64,000 nt of DNA from an uncultured Candidatus Binatia bacterium (GCA_965213675.1 OZ243916.1:800001-864000); one strand, 5' to 3'. Shown: positions 29,709 to 39,546, numbered from the stretch's first letter. The notes: a model not told the origin generated them from the letters alone. A program made the numbers and translations.

Positions 29709-29782
29709 TGCCCCCGGCGAGACTCGAACTCACGACACCAGGATTAGGAATCCTGTGCTCTATCCTGCTGAGCTACGGGGGC
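29709..29782 (-). tRNA. tRNA-Arg (anticodon CCT)
   Basis: GCCCCCGTAGCTCAGCAGGATAGAGCACAGGATTCCTAATCCTGGTGTCGTGAGTTCGAGTCTCGCCGGGGGCA folds as a cloverleaf; CCA not encoded. Confidence 0.96.
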
Positions 29783-30005
29783 GTTTGGGGCAGTCCGGCA
29801 CGGCGTTGGCGCCGCGAGGCCCTTGGCGACTCGCGCCTCAGTCGCGCGCTGCGTTTCTGACACGCCCGCGCACGGCTTGTCAAACGATGCGCCTTTGCAG
29901 AGCGCTGCCCGCTCGCCAGGGTCGAGTCCCGCCATTTCCTGCGATCATCGGCTGATGGGTCGTGGACGGCGCTACGCCACGCCGGGCTTGACCCGTGGTG
30001 TTCCT

Positions 30006-30166
30006 AGTGTGGTGTCTGGTTAATTCGGGTCATAATCTGCGGGTCTTTTTCGCCGTCGGCTGCGTTGCTCTTCCTCGCGTGGTACACGCCACTGCTCGTC
30101 ATCGCGCCTTGCCGACAACAAAAAATCCTCCGCAGATTATGACGCGAATCAACCAGACACCACACT
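30006..30166. mobile_element. MITE-like hairpin element family B, copy 1
   Basis: Arms AGTGTGGTGTCTGGTT...AACCAGACACCACACT around a core shared with 39547-39705 and 54993-55157. Confidence 0.8.
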
Positions 30167-30275
30167 TGCGGCGACCGCCCAGGGGGCGACCCCCGGTCGC
30201 CCCCGCAGGTCATCGCCTTGCCGGTGATTCCCGCGCGACTTGTCGCAGGAACGGAGGAGTGGAGGGGATGCGACG

Positions 30276-30899
30276 CTACGCGTCCGGCGGCGCCTGCATG
30301 CCGCGCTGCACCGCGGGGCGGGCGCCGATGGCGTCGAACCAGCGCTTGACCTGCGGGAAGTCGGTCAGATCCACCTGGTGCCTCTCGTGCCGGCCCACCC
30401 AAGGGTAGGTGGCGATGTCGGCCACCGAATATTCGCCGGCCAGGTACTCGTGGTCGGACAGGCGCTTCTCCATGACTCCGTAGAGGCGGCGGGTTTCGTT
30501 CTTGTACCGGTTGATGCCGTAGGGGACCTGCTCCTTGGCGCCGAGGAAGTGGTGCGCCTGGCCGAACATGGGCCCGACTCCGCCCATCTGGAACATGAGC
30601 CACTGCATCACGTCGTAGCGCGCCCGGGATTCCTCGGGCAGGAACCGGCCGCCGGCCTTCTCCGAGAGGTACAGGAGGATGGCGCCGGACTCGAAGAGGC
30701 TGTAGGGAGCTCCCCCGGGGCCGTCCTGGTCGACGATGGCCGGGATCTTGTTGTTGGGGCTGATGGCCAGGAAGTCGGGGGCGAACTGCTCGTCCTTGCC
30801 GATGTTGATGGGTTGGAGCTCGTAGGACATCTCCAACTCTTCCAGCATGACGGAGACCTTGCGGCCGTTGGGAGTTCTCCACGTATACAAATCAATCAT
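30276..30899 (-). CDS. Glutathione S-transferase (YfcG/YghU-like)
   Basis: MIDLYTWRTPNGRK, ISPNNKIPAI, LFESGAILLYL, GPMFGQAHHF; AAAGGAGG RBS. Confidence 0.93.
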   Translation of the reverse strand: MIDLYTWRTPNGRKVSVMLEELEMSYELQPINIGKDEQFAPDFLAISPNNKIPAIVDQDGPGGAPYSLFESGAILLYLSEKAGGRFLPEESRARYDVMQWLMFQMGGVGPMFGQAHHFLGAKEQVPYGINRYKNETRRLYGVMEKRLSDHEYLAGEYSVADIATYPWVGRHERHQVDLTDFPQVKRWFDAIGARPAVQRGMQAPPDA

Positions 30900-31297
30900 G
30901 ATGCCTCCTTTCGGTTGATCTTGACGCGTCTGGCCGTCCAACGCAACGGCAGGCAGGTGCCTGGCGGAGTTCAGCGTCATGGCCCCCAAGGGTACCGCCC
31001 ACGTGGTACGGCTCGTGTCGGCCGTTGCGGCTCCGGACTCGGGGCTGCCCGGGTCTGTTCGCGACCCGGGCAGGCTTTTGCTCGGGCAGACCGCAGACCT
31101 GAACAGAAAAGTCGGGGAACTATAATAATATAAGCGTGAAGCATCCTTTACTCGATTGTGGAAATTGTACTATGTTTTCTTGCCCTGTAATTTGCGGAAA
31201 CAGGACGCACCCCCACATCCAAGGATGCCGAAATGGAGCGAGTCGCTACACCACTCGACGATTGCTTCGGGCCGCATCCAACAAGAGGTGAGTCATC

Positions 31298-33856
31298 ATG
31301 AAGACCCGAAATCTGCTGTTGCTTTCTTCGTTCGCGCTGTCCCTGGCCGGTGTATCGGCCATCGCGCCCGCCTTCGCGCAGGAATGTCCGCGCCCGGCCG
31401 GTTTGCCCGAGAACGTTCTCGAAACGCCGGGCGTTACGGCGGCTGAGGCGGCGGCGGATGGCGAGAGTCTCCGCGCATTCGCGCTGGCGGGTAGAGATTA
31501 TTTCAACTCCCTCACGACGCCTCAGGGCTTTGCTTATTCCGGGTGCCTCATCAGGAATGAAGGACCCTGGAAGTCCGGCTCCACCTACATCGCCGCCCTG
31601 ACGGCCAACGGCCGGGTGATTTTGAACGGGAAGGACATGTCGACGGGGGGCAGGCCGCTCAGGCAGGACATTCATGGGGGTATCCTCAGCGCGCTGGGAA
31701 TCGACATCAGGGGTGACATACCTGCCCAACTGGGCCAAGTGTCCGCAAATGGCGCTTACCCGAACCCGGACGGCGGACCCGTGTCGGGAGTCGGTGGCTA
31801 CGCCGTCGGGTATGGCGGCTCCTTCGCCTACATCCTGCTCGCAGGCGTGGGTCTTCAGGAAGCCCACTTCGCGCCGGAGACCGCCGACCCCGGCGACCCG
31901 GAGGTGAGCGCCGACGAAGTGGTGGACCGCGCAACGCTCAAGCGATTCGTGAACGGAGCGATAGACTACCTCCGGGAGCTCAGCGAAATGAACCCCACCG
32001 GCGCCCTCGGAATCGCGAGGAGCGTTCTGAGAAATCCGCCCTGGAGAAGCGGTCCCACCTATCTCTTCATCATGGAAGACAGCGGCTATACACTCCTACA
32101 CGCCGGATTCCCGGACAGATTCGAATTCCAGACGCCCACGCAAACCCTGAGAGACGAAGTGACTGGACAACTCATCTTGCCGCAGATCATCAAAGCGGCG
32201 AAGGAGGGTGGCGATGAGGGGGCCTTCGTGCAGTATTACTTCGACAACCCGGACGACCCGAACGACGACTTCAATACGCTCAAGACGACCTATGCGCGCC
32301 AGGTGACGTTCAACATGCCGGGTTTTCCCCAACCGCTATCCTACATTTACGGCGCAGGCATCTACGGCGGGGATCAGAGCGTGGTGTCGGAGAAGAGCGT
32401 AGCGGCTACCAGGGGCTGGCTCGCGCGCTTCGGCCGCGCGGTGGGAAGCCAGGCGGTGGAAATGATATCGAACCGCCTGAGTTCGTCCACGCAGAGCGGA
32501 GCCACGATGACCCTCGGCGGCCAGACCGTGAAGCTGGATGCGGATTCGGAGCGCTACCTCACGAAAGACGGCGCGGGCTTCGATTTCGCATCGCACGCGC
32601 ATGGCGGACTCGACACGCGCGGCATTGCGCGCGCAAGAATCGCGAACCGGCCGACCCCGTGGAATGACGATTCCACGGGGTCCTATCGCGAGATGACGCT
32701 GAACGGGCTCCTCGCGGGCGCTTCGTTCCACCTCGCCTCCACCGGGGAAGCCGCGGAGGCGGCGGGCAGTCAGTGGTCGCTATGGGGCCGCGGCGCGAGG
32801 AGTTCGTTCGAGGGCGGTGGCGACGCCGCTATCGAGGGCGATGTGACCACCGCCATGCTCGGCGTGGACTACGAGAAGGGCGAGCTCCTCGCGGGCGTGG
32901 CGCTCTCCCGCGCGAGCGGCGACGGTGGGTTCCAAAACGATGGCGGCAGCGAACTCGACGCGACGCTCACCGGCGTGCATCCCTATGTTCGCTATGAGGC
33001 GAGCGAGCGGCTCTCGTTGTGGGGCATCCTGGGTCTCGGTCAGGGCGAGATGACGCTCGACGAAACGGACAGCGAGAGCGGCCAGGAGTATGAAACCGAC
33101 ATCGAGATGCGCATGGGCGCGTTCGGGGTTCGCGGAGAACTCATCAAGCTGGGCGCCTTCGACCTGGCGGTCAAATCGGACGTCCTGCTCATACAGTTGG
33201 ACTCGGATGCGAAGGACGGTCTCGATGCCGTCTCGGCGGAATCGAGCCGTCTCCGTGGTATGCTCGAGGCTTCGCGCAAGATCGACATGGAAGGCGGCGG
33301 CACCTTCCGGCCTTCGGTGGAGGCGGGCCTCAGGTACGACGACGGCGATGTGGATGAAGGCTCGGGCGTCGAATTGGGCGGCGGCCTGCGCTTCACCAAC
33401 CCAGGCTTGGGCCTGACACTTGAGGCAAATGCGCGGGGGCTCATCACGCACGAGGAGAGCGACGTGGCCGACTGGGGCGTGGGCGGCACGATCCGCATCG
33501 CGCCAGGCCAGGCGGGCCGCGGCCTCGCGCTCACCGTGCAGCCCTCGGTGGGTGATGCCGCAGGTGGCGCCGCGCGTCTGTGGGGCATCAAGGACGCCTC
33601 GCGTCTCGCGAAAGAGGAGATCGAGGACCTGGACCCCCGCGTTCGCGCGGAGATGGGCTACGGACTGGACGCATGGGGCGGTCTGCTGACGCCCTACGCC
33701 GGTCTTTCGGTGTCCGATAGCAACGAAATCTACCGCTTGGGCGGGCGCTTCAGGATCGGCGAGCGCCTGAGCATGAACCTCGAAGGCGACTTGCGCGAGC
33801 GGGTGAACGCCGGTCCCGTGCATGGCGTGACGCTTCGCGGCTCGCTGCGCTGGTAG
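31298..33856 (+). CDS. Autotransporter-barrel protein with Cache-like passenger domains
   Basis: Signal peptide AFA-Q; two PW(K/R)SG.TY repeats, QYYFDNP..KTTYAR; WLARFGR linker; C-terminal beta-barrel ending LRGSLRW. Confidence 0.75.
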   Translation: MKTRNLLLLSSFALSLAGVSAIAPAFAQECPRPAGLPENVLETPGVTAAEAAADGESLRAFALAGRDYFNSLTTPQGFAYSGCLIRNEGPWKSGSTYIAALTANGRVILNGKDMSTGGRPLRQDIHGGILSALGIDIRGDIPAQLGQVSANGAYPNPDGGPVSGVGGYAVGYGGSFAYILLAGVGLQEAHFAPETADPGDPEVSADEVVDRATLKRFVNGAIDYLRELSEMNPTGALGIARSVLRNPPWRSGPTYLFIMEDSGYTLLHAGFPDRFEFQTPTQTLRDEVTGQLILPQIIKAAKEGGDEGAFVQYYFDNPDDPNDDFNTLKTTYARQVTFNMPGFPQPLSYIYGAGIYGGDQSVVSEKSVAATRGWLARFGRAVGSQAVEMISNRLSSSTQSGATMTLGGQTVKLDADSERYLTKDGAGFDFASHAHGGLDTRGIARARIANRPTPWNDDSTGSYREMTLNGLLAGASFHLASTGEAAEAAGSQWSLWGRGARSSFEGGGDAAIEGDVTTAMLGVDYEKGELLAGVALSRASGDGGFQNDGGSELDATLTGVHPYVRYEASERLSLWGILGLGQGEMTLDETDSESGQEYETDIEMRMGAFGVRGELIKLGAFDLAVKSDVLLIQLDSDAKDGLDAVSAESSRLRGMLEASRKIDMEGGGTFRPSVEAGLRYDDGDVDEGSGVELGGGLRFTNPGLGLTLEANARGLITHEESDVADWGVGGTIRIAPGQAGRGLALTVQPSVGDAAGGAARLWGIKDASRLAKEEIEDLDPRVRAEMGYGLDAWGGLLTPYAGLSVSDSNEIYRLGGRFRIGERLSMNLEGDLRERVNAGPVHGVTLRGSLRW

Positions 33857-33930
33857 AGCACACACGGGCTTCATCGGCTCCCAGGCTTTGTGCCGGCTTC
33901 AGGTTGTATCGAGACGAAAGTGGAGACGTA

Positions 33931-35406
33931 ATGGCGAGTTCGGAAAGAGGCGAAACATCGGATCTTGAGCACGGCCTCCGCATGACACCCGATGCAATGC
34001 TTGAACTGGCGCGCAGGGCGTCCGAACTTCTGGTGGAGCGCATCGAGAATCTCCCCGGCGAGGGCGCCTGGGACGGGGATTTCCAGCAGGAACTCGAAAA
34101 GCAGCTCATGGAGGCGCCGCCCGAGGCCGGTCGCCCGGCCACCGAGGTTCTGGAACGCGCCGCGAAAGAGATACTCCCCCTTACGGGGCGAAACGATCAT
34201 CCCAGATTCTTCGGCTTCATCCCCTCCTCGCCCACCTGGCCCGGCGTGCTGGCCGATTTCATGGCCTCGGGTTTTCAGATCAACCAATGTACCTGGCTGG
34301 TCGCGAGCGGTCCGAGCCAGCTCGAACTGGTCGTCATCGACTGGTTCCGGCGCTGGGTCGGCTATCCCGAAAGCGCGGGCGGGCTTTTCACGAGCGGGGG
34401 TTCGGCGGCGAGCCTGGACGCCTTCGTCGCGGCGCGCGAAGCGGCGCGTAATCCCGACCGCGCGAGCGTGTACATGAGCGACCAGAGCCACAGCGCGCAC
34501 ATCCGCGCGGCTCGCATCATTGGTATCCCGCCCGAGCGCATCCGGCTGCTCCCGTGCGATGAACGCTTCCGCTTGGACATGGTGGCGCTCGAGCGCGCCG
34601 TGGCGGAAGATCGCGCCGAGGGTCTCCATCCCATCGCGGTGTGCGCCAACGCCGGCGCGTCCAGCACGGGGGCCATCGATCCGCTCGGCGAGATGGCGGA
34701 CTTCTGCGAGGCGCAAGGGGTCTGGCTGCACGTCGACGCCGCCTACGGCGGATTTGCGGTTGTGACCGAACGGGGCAAAGAACTCATGCGCGGCATGGAG
34801 CGCGCCGATTCCATCGGGATGGACGCTCACAAATGGTTCTTCCAGCCCTACGAGGCGGGCGCCCTGCTCGTGAAGGATGTAAGCAAGCTCGAAAATGCCT
34901 TCGCGGTGCGGCACGATGTTTTACAGGACACTTTATGGGGCGCGAACCACCCGAACTTCTCGGATCGTGGCCTGCAGCTCAGCCGCTCGTTCCGGGCCTT
35001 GAAGGTCTGGATGTCGGTGCAGACCTTCGGGATGGCCGCGTTCCGGCAGGCCGTCTCGAAGGGCATGGAGCTGGCCGAACGTGCGGAGGAGTACATTTGC
35101 GAGAGCCCGGTTCTGGAGATGTTGATACCGGTCTCGCTTGGGGTCGTGTGCTTTCGGGTCAATCCGGCGGACGCAGAGCTGGACGAGGATGCGCTGGGGA
35201 AGATCAACAAAACGATGCTCGCCCGCATCTTCTGGGAAGACAAGGCGTTTGTCTCATCCACCCTTCTCGAGGGGAAGTTCGCGCTCAGGTTCTGCATCAT
35301 CAACCACACCACGGCCTGGGACGACGTGCTCGAGACGCTCGAGACGATCGAGCGCTTCGGGAAGGAGGCGCTGGATCAAGACCAGGCGTCTCGTCGGAAG
35401 TCCTGA
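33931..35406 (+). CDS. Group II PLP-dependent (aromatic L-amino acid-type) decarboxylase
   Basis: HPRFFGFIP, FTSGGS, WLHVDAAYGG, DAHKW, QLSRSFRALK. Confidence 0.9.
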   Translation: MASSERGETSDLEHGLRMTPDAMLELARRASELLVERIENLPGEGAWDGDFQQELEKQLMEAPPEAGRPATEVLERAAKEILPLTGRNDHPRFFGFIPSSPTWPGVLADFMASGFQINQCTWLVASGPSQLELVVIDWFRRWVGYPESAGGLFTSGGSAASLDAFVAAREAARNPDRASVYMSDQSHSAHIRAARIIGIPPERIRLLPCDERFRLDMVALERAVAEDRAEGLHPIAVCANAGASSTGAIDPLGEMADFCEAQGVWLHVDAAYGGFAVVTERGKELMRGMERADSIGMDAHKWFFQPYEAGALLVKDVSKLENAFAVRHDVLQDTLWGANHPNFSDRGLQLSRSFRALKVWMSVQTFGMAAFRQAVSKGMELAERAEEYICESPVLEMLIPVSLGVVCFRVNPADAELDEDALGKINKTMLARIFWEDKAFVSSTLLEGKFALRFCIINHTTAWDDVLETLETIERFGKEALDQDQASRRKS

Positions 35407-35736
35407 CGATGACTTTTACTTCGGGCGCGGCTATCTGCAATACAAAACAATTCGGGTAAATTCCTGTTCAGTCTTCGCCGAGCATATCGGTGGCGATGCT
35501 CATATTCGGTCCTGGTCCTCGGCTTGCCTTGGCGCCTGGTCCAGGCGCCGGTATTCCTCCGGCGTCAGGAACCCCTGCCGCACCCGCGTCCTGTAGTGGC
35601 GCACCGAGAGTCAGGGGTTCCGCCCGGGCGGAACCCATCGAAACCAGGAAAAGAACCATGAGCTTGAACCGCCGAACAATCCTGGCCGCAGGCGCCGTGT
35701 TGCCGGCCTGCGCGTCACTCCCGGCCCGAGCCCAAG

Positions 35737-36063
35737 TTGACAACCACCCCCGTCGCATACGAGACTGCGCCCATGAGTTTTCGCTACAAGCAAGGTGATC
35801 GGGTACGTGTTCTGGACACGTTGACGCTGGGGCATCACATCCGCTCGCCCCAGTATCTCCGGGGCAAGGACGGCGTGGTGGCGGACATCCGGGGCAGCTT
35901 CAAGGACCCGGAACTGCTTTCCTTCGGCAAGGACGGCCTGCCCAAGGCCAACCTCTATTCCATCGAGTTCGAACTCGCCCACGTATGGAACGACCGGCCC
36001 GCGCCCAAGGGCGTCAACAAGATCTACGCGGACATCTTCGAGCGATGGCTGGAACCGCGGTAA
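35737..36063 (+). CDS. SH3-like nitrile hydratase beta C-terminal / thiocyanate hydrolase alpha-like subunit
   Basis: YKQGDRVRV, GHHIRSPQYLRGKDGVV, DIFERWLEP; start uncertain. Confidence 0.85.
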   Translation: MTTTPVAYETAPMSFRYKQGDRVRVLDTLTLGHHIRSPQYLRGKDGVVADIRGSFKDPELLSFGKDGLPKANLYSIEFELAHVWNDRPAPKGVNKIYADIFERWLEPR

Positions 36064-36094
36064 ACGAATCACAACGAAATTCAGGGGGGACATC

Positions 36095-36907
36095 ATGGCA
36101 AGGGACAATCAGGACGTGAACACGGAGCCGGCGCCGGTGGAGGAACCGAGCTACTTCGAGCGGCGCGCCCGCGCCACCGTGGACCTGTTGAAGGAAAAGG
36201 ACATCCTGGACACCGGCGAGGCGCGGCGGGCGAAGCACGGACACGATCACAGCCACGACGACGTGTTCGAACAGCTCCACGCCAACAACCCCATCGATAC
36301 CACCGAGCACGAATACACGCTGTTCGAGAAACAGATGTTGGCCATGGGGAACCTTCTGCGGGAAAAGGGACTCATCAGCACCGACGAGGTACGGCGCAAG
36401 ATCGACGAGAACGAAGGCGTATCGCCGCATCAGGGCTCGCGAGTGGTGGCCCGGGCCTGGGTGGATCCCGAGTACAAGAAGCGGTTGTTCGAGGACGGCA
36501 TCGCGGCGGCCGAAGAGGCCGGCGTTGACATGTCCACGGCCAATCAACTCATCGCGGTGGAGAACACCGAAGACGTCCACCACGTGGTGGTATGCACCCT
36601 GTGCTCGTGCTATCCGCGGCAACTGCTGGGCCAGCCGCCGGACTGGTACAAGAGCACCAACTACCGCACCCGCGTGGTGGTGGACCCGCGCCGGGTGCTG
36701 AAGGAGATGGGGCTGGATGTGCCGGAATCCACGGAGGTGCGCGTGGTGGACAGCACCGCGGAAACCCGCTACCTGGTCCTGCCCCGTCGTCCCGAGGGGA
36801 CCGAGGGCTGGAGCGAAGAGCAACTGGCCGGGCTGGCCACGCGCAACAGCATGGTCGGCTGCGCCAACGCCCTCACCCCCATGCAGAAGGAGATGATGGC
36901 CGACTGA
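36095..36907 (+). CDS. Co-type nitrile hydratase alpha / thiocyanate hydrolase gamma-like subunit with N-terminal extension
   Basis: VVARAWVDP, VVCTLCSCYP metal motif, PPDWYKS, RYLVLPRRP. Confidence 0.92.
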   Translation: MARDNQDVNTEPAPVEEPSYFERRARATVDLLKEKDILDTGEARRAKHGHDHSHDDVFEQLHANNPIDTTEHEYTLFEKQMLAMGNLLREKGLISTDEVRRKIDENEGVSPHQGSRVVARAWVDPEYKKRLFEDGIAAAEEAGVDMSTANQLIAVENTEDVHHVVVCTLCSCYPRQLLGQPPDWYKSTNYRTRVVVDPRRVLKEMGLDVPESTEVRVVDSTAETRYLVLPRRPEGTEGWSEEQLAGLATRNSMVGCANALTPMQKEMMAD

Positions 36908-36991
36908 GGGCGTCTCGGCGCAGGAGCTTGCGCCACCGAAACCTGAAGGCGCGGTGCGGAGCGATTCAAATCCGAATCCCGGGAGGCAGGC

Positions 36992-37648
36992 ATGAGCGTA
37001 TTACGAAGTCTGACCGAACGTTGCGACCCTGCCCTCGCGGGGCTGATCGTGGTGGATGTGCAGAACGATTTCTGCAGCCCGGATGGAGCCTGCGCCCGGC
37101 GCGGCGTGGACATCACCTCGGGCCTGGAGATGATGCCTAACCTCTACAAGCTCATCGAAGAGGCCCGCGAGGTGAGCTTGCCCATCATCTACATTCAGAC
37201 CCTCCACAGCGAGTGGACCGACACCGAGCCCTGGATCTACCGCAAGCCCGAGGGCGCGGACAAGGAGACCTGCCGTGAAGGCTCCTGGGGCGCCGACTTC
37301 TTCGACGGCATCGAGCCTCGAGCCGACGAGCGGGTGGTCGTCAAGCACCGCTACAGCGCGTTCATCAACACCGACCTCGACACGATCCTCAAGGCCAAGG
37401 GCATCGAAAGCGTGCTCCTCACCGGCGTGGCTACCAACGTGTGCGTGGAGAGCACCATGCGCGACGCTTTCATGCTGGACTACTACGTCACAATGGTGCA
37501 CGACTGCATGGCCACGTCCGACCCGGCACTCCACGAAGGCACCCTGGAGAACACCCGCCGCCAGTTTGGCCTGGTGGCTTCCCACCAGGAAGTCATCGAG
37601 ACATGGGAAGGGGTGGAGCGGCACAGGAAAGGCGCCCGGGGCTTCTAG
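36992..37648 (+). CDS. Isochorismatase-family cysteine hydrolase (RutB-like)
   Basis: VVDVQNDF, KHRYSAF, GVATNVCVEST. Confidence 0.92.
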   Translation: MSVLRSLTERCDPALAGLIVVDVQNDFCSPDGACARRGVDITSGLEMMPNLYKLIEEAREVSLPIIYIQTLHSEWTDTEPWIYRKPEGADKETCREGSWGADFFDGIEPRADERVVVKHRYSAFINTDLDTILKAKGIESVLLTGVATNVCVESTMRDAFMLDYYVTMVHDCMATSDPALHEGTLENTRRQFGLVASHQEVIETWEGVERHRKGARGF

Positions 37649-37804
37649 GAGCCTGTCGGGATTATCGAATCGTAGCGAGAGGCAGAGAAAGGTCAGTTTC
37701 GGGCGGATTTGAGGAGAATATTGGTAATATTGGACGAAAATCCAACCGGAAATGGACCCATTTCGCTGCCTCGCAGCAGATTCTTGATAAACCCGACAGG
37801 CTCC
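37648..37804. mobile_element. MITE-like element family A, copy 2 (inverted)
   Basis: Same TIRs, CTAG overlapping both ends; starts in the hydrolase TAG stop. Confidence 0.85.
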
Positions 37805-37874
37805 TAGTGTGGTGTCTGGTTGACCCTATTGCATACCTGACAGGTTCCTGGGTAGGGGCGACCGCCGGTTGTCC

Positions 37875-38483
37875 CTACAATTTGATATCCAGTTCTTCCA
37901 GCAGCGCGGCGGCGTCGGTCTTGAAGGCGTCGTCGATGTTCTGATACAGGCTCCGGCCCTTGGTGTCGGCGTCGACGATGAGCGGGCCCAGCCGGTCCGC
38001 CTCCACGATCCACATGGCCTCGGGCCGGCCCAGCTCGGGCCAGGCGCAGTCGATGACCCGGACCACCCGGGCCGCGTACTCGTTGTAGTTGCCGGCGCAC
38101 ACCAAGTGTATGCAGCCGGTCTGCCTGCAGAACTCCTCCAGTCCGTCGAGCATGCCCTTGCCGATGATCAGCTTGAGGCCCAACAGGCCGACGGCCTTCT
38201 CGATCTTCTCGCGCCCCGCGAGCCAACTCGGCATGGGCACCATGGCGATCATCTCGGTGCGGTCCGGCCCTTCCTTGACCAGCGGACCGCTGTGAAACAC
38301 GGTCTCGGCGCCGAGTTCCTTCAGACGCTTGCGGACGCTCTGCCCGCCCTCCGGATCGATCAGGCGGTCGTAGGTCAGCGACCTGCAGGTGAACAACCGG
38401 CCGCTGATGGTGACGGAGTCGCCCGCGTCCAGGTCCCGCAGGGTCTCCTCGCTCACCGGGCTCGTCAAATGAACCGTCTTCAT
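37875..38483 (-). CDS. Fe-S hydro-lyase (fumarase/tartrate dehydratase) beta subunit
   Basis: LDAGDSVTISGRLFTCR, FHSGP, IIGKG, ELGRPEAMW, GPLIVDADTKGRSLY. Confidence 0.88.
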   Translation of the reverse strand: MKTVHLTSPVSEETLRDLDAGDSVTISGRLFTCRSLTYDRLIDPEGGQSVRKRLKELGAETVFHSGPLVKEGPDRTEMIAMVPMPSWLAGREKIEKAVGLLGLKLIIGKGMLDGLEEFCRQTGCIHLVCAGNYNEYAARVVRVIDCAWPELGRPEAMWIVEADRLGPLIVDADTKGRSLYQNIDDAFKTDAAALLEELDIKL

Positions 38484-38571
38484 GGCGTCTCCCGTACTTC
38501 GAGGGTGCCGGCTGTCTCGTCGCCCCGAGTCCTCATCGATGTGGAAAAAGCGGCTTGCAAAGTCAGGATCA

Positions 38572-39495
38572 TCACTCCCGTTCCATCCAGCTCGACAGTG
38601 GCCGGCTCTCCACGCGCCCGTCGGCGTACAGGCGCACCGTGGTCCGGCGCATGGCGGCGCATTGGAGATAGACCGCCACGGGCAGGGTCGCCATGTGGCA
38701 GAATGCCATCTCCAGATGCACGTCAAAGGCCGAGGTGGCGCCGCCCATGCCCATGGGGCCCAGTTTCAGCCGCAGGACATCGTCCATGAGCTGGTTCTCC
38801 AGCCGGGCCAGCTCGGGGTCGGGGTTGCGATCCCCCACCGGGCGCAGGATCGCGGCCTCCTTGGCCATGCGCGTACAGGTCTCGAAGGTGCCGCCGATTC
38901 CCACGCCCACCAGATTGGGTGAGCAGGTAGCGCCCAGGCGCACGAGGTTGATGGTGGACTCCACCACGAACTTGCGCACCCCCTTCTCGCCGGCGGTGGG
39001 CGGCAGCACCGTGTACTTGCTGCCCACCAGCTCGGGGCCGCCGCCGACGGCGACGTTGGTGATTTCCAGGTAGTCGGCGTCCGGCACCACCCGCACCTTG
39101 ATGTCCGGGCAGCCGGGACCCTGGTTGGTATTGGGATTGTGGCGCGTGATGGGGTGGACCGCATTGGGACGCAGCGGAATGTCCTCGGTCACCTCGGCGC
39201 TGACCTCCCGCAGGGTCTGCTCCAGTGCGCCATACCCCCCTTCCAACTCACCGATGATCCCCGTCCCCAAGGCCACATAGTAGGTCAGGAGCCCGGTGTC
39301 GGCACAGAACGGCATGCCGCGGGCGGAGGCCGTCGCCACCGCGTCGAGATTGGCCTTGAGGTGCGCCTTCCCCAGTTCGCTGGTCTCCTTGTCGTGCTGC
39401 TCTTCCAGAAACGACTTGAAGTCTTCCGGCAGGTCATACTGATTCGCCTTCCACAATGTGGTGACCGTGCGCGCAATCGCTTCCTGGCTGAGCAT
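38572..39495 (-). CDS. Fe-S hydro-lyase (fumarase/tartrate dehydratase) alpha subunit
   Basis: PFCADTG, LRPNAVHP, TCSPNLVGVGIGG, GPMGMGG, HMATLPVAVYLQC. Confidence 0.9.
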   Translation of the reverse strand: MLSQEAIARTVTTLWKANQYDLPEDFKSFLEEQHDKETSELGKAHLKANLDAVATASARGMPFCADTGLLTYYVALGTGIIGELEGGYGALEQTLREVSAEVTEDIPLRPNAVHPITRHNPNTNQGPGCPDIKVRVVPDADYLEITNVAVGGGPELVGSKYTVLPPTAGEKGVRKFVVESTINLVRLGATCSPNLVGVGIGGTFETCTRMAKEAAILRPVGDRNPDPELARLENQLMDDVLRLKLGPMGMGGATSAFDVHLEMAFCHMATLPVAVYLQCAAMRRTTVRLYADGRVESRPLSSWMERE

Positions 39496-39546
39496 GATTC
39501 CGCCTTTCCGGCCGCATCACGAATATCTCGATGACGCAGCACACTC

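Noticed and set aside
29709-30170. tRNA-Arg as an attB site for an integrated element
   Set aside because: No integrase and no duplicated tRNA 3' end seen in the window.
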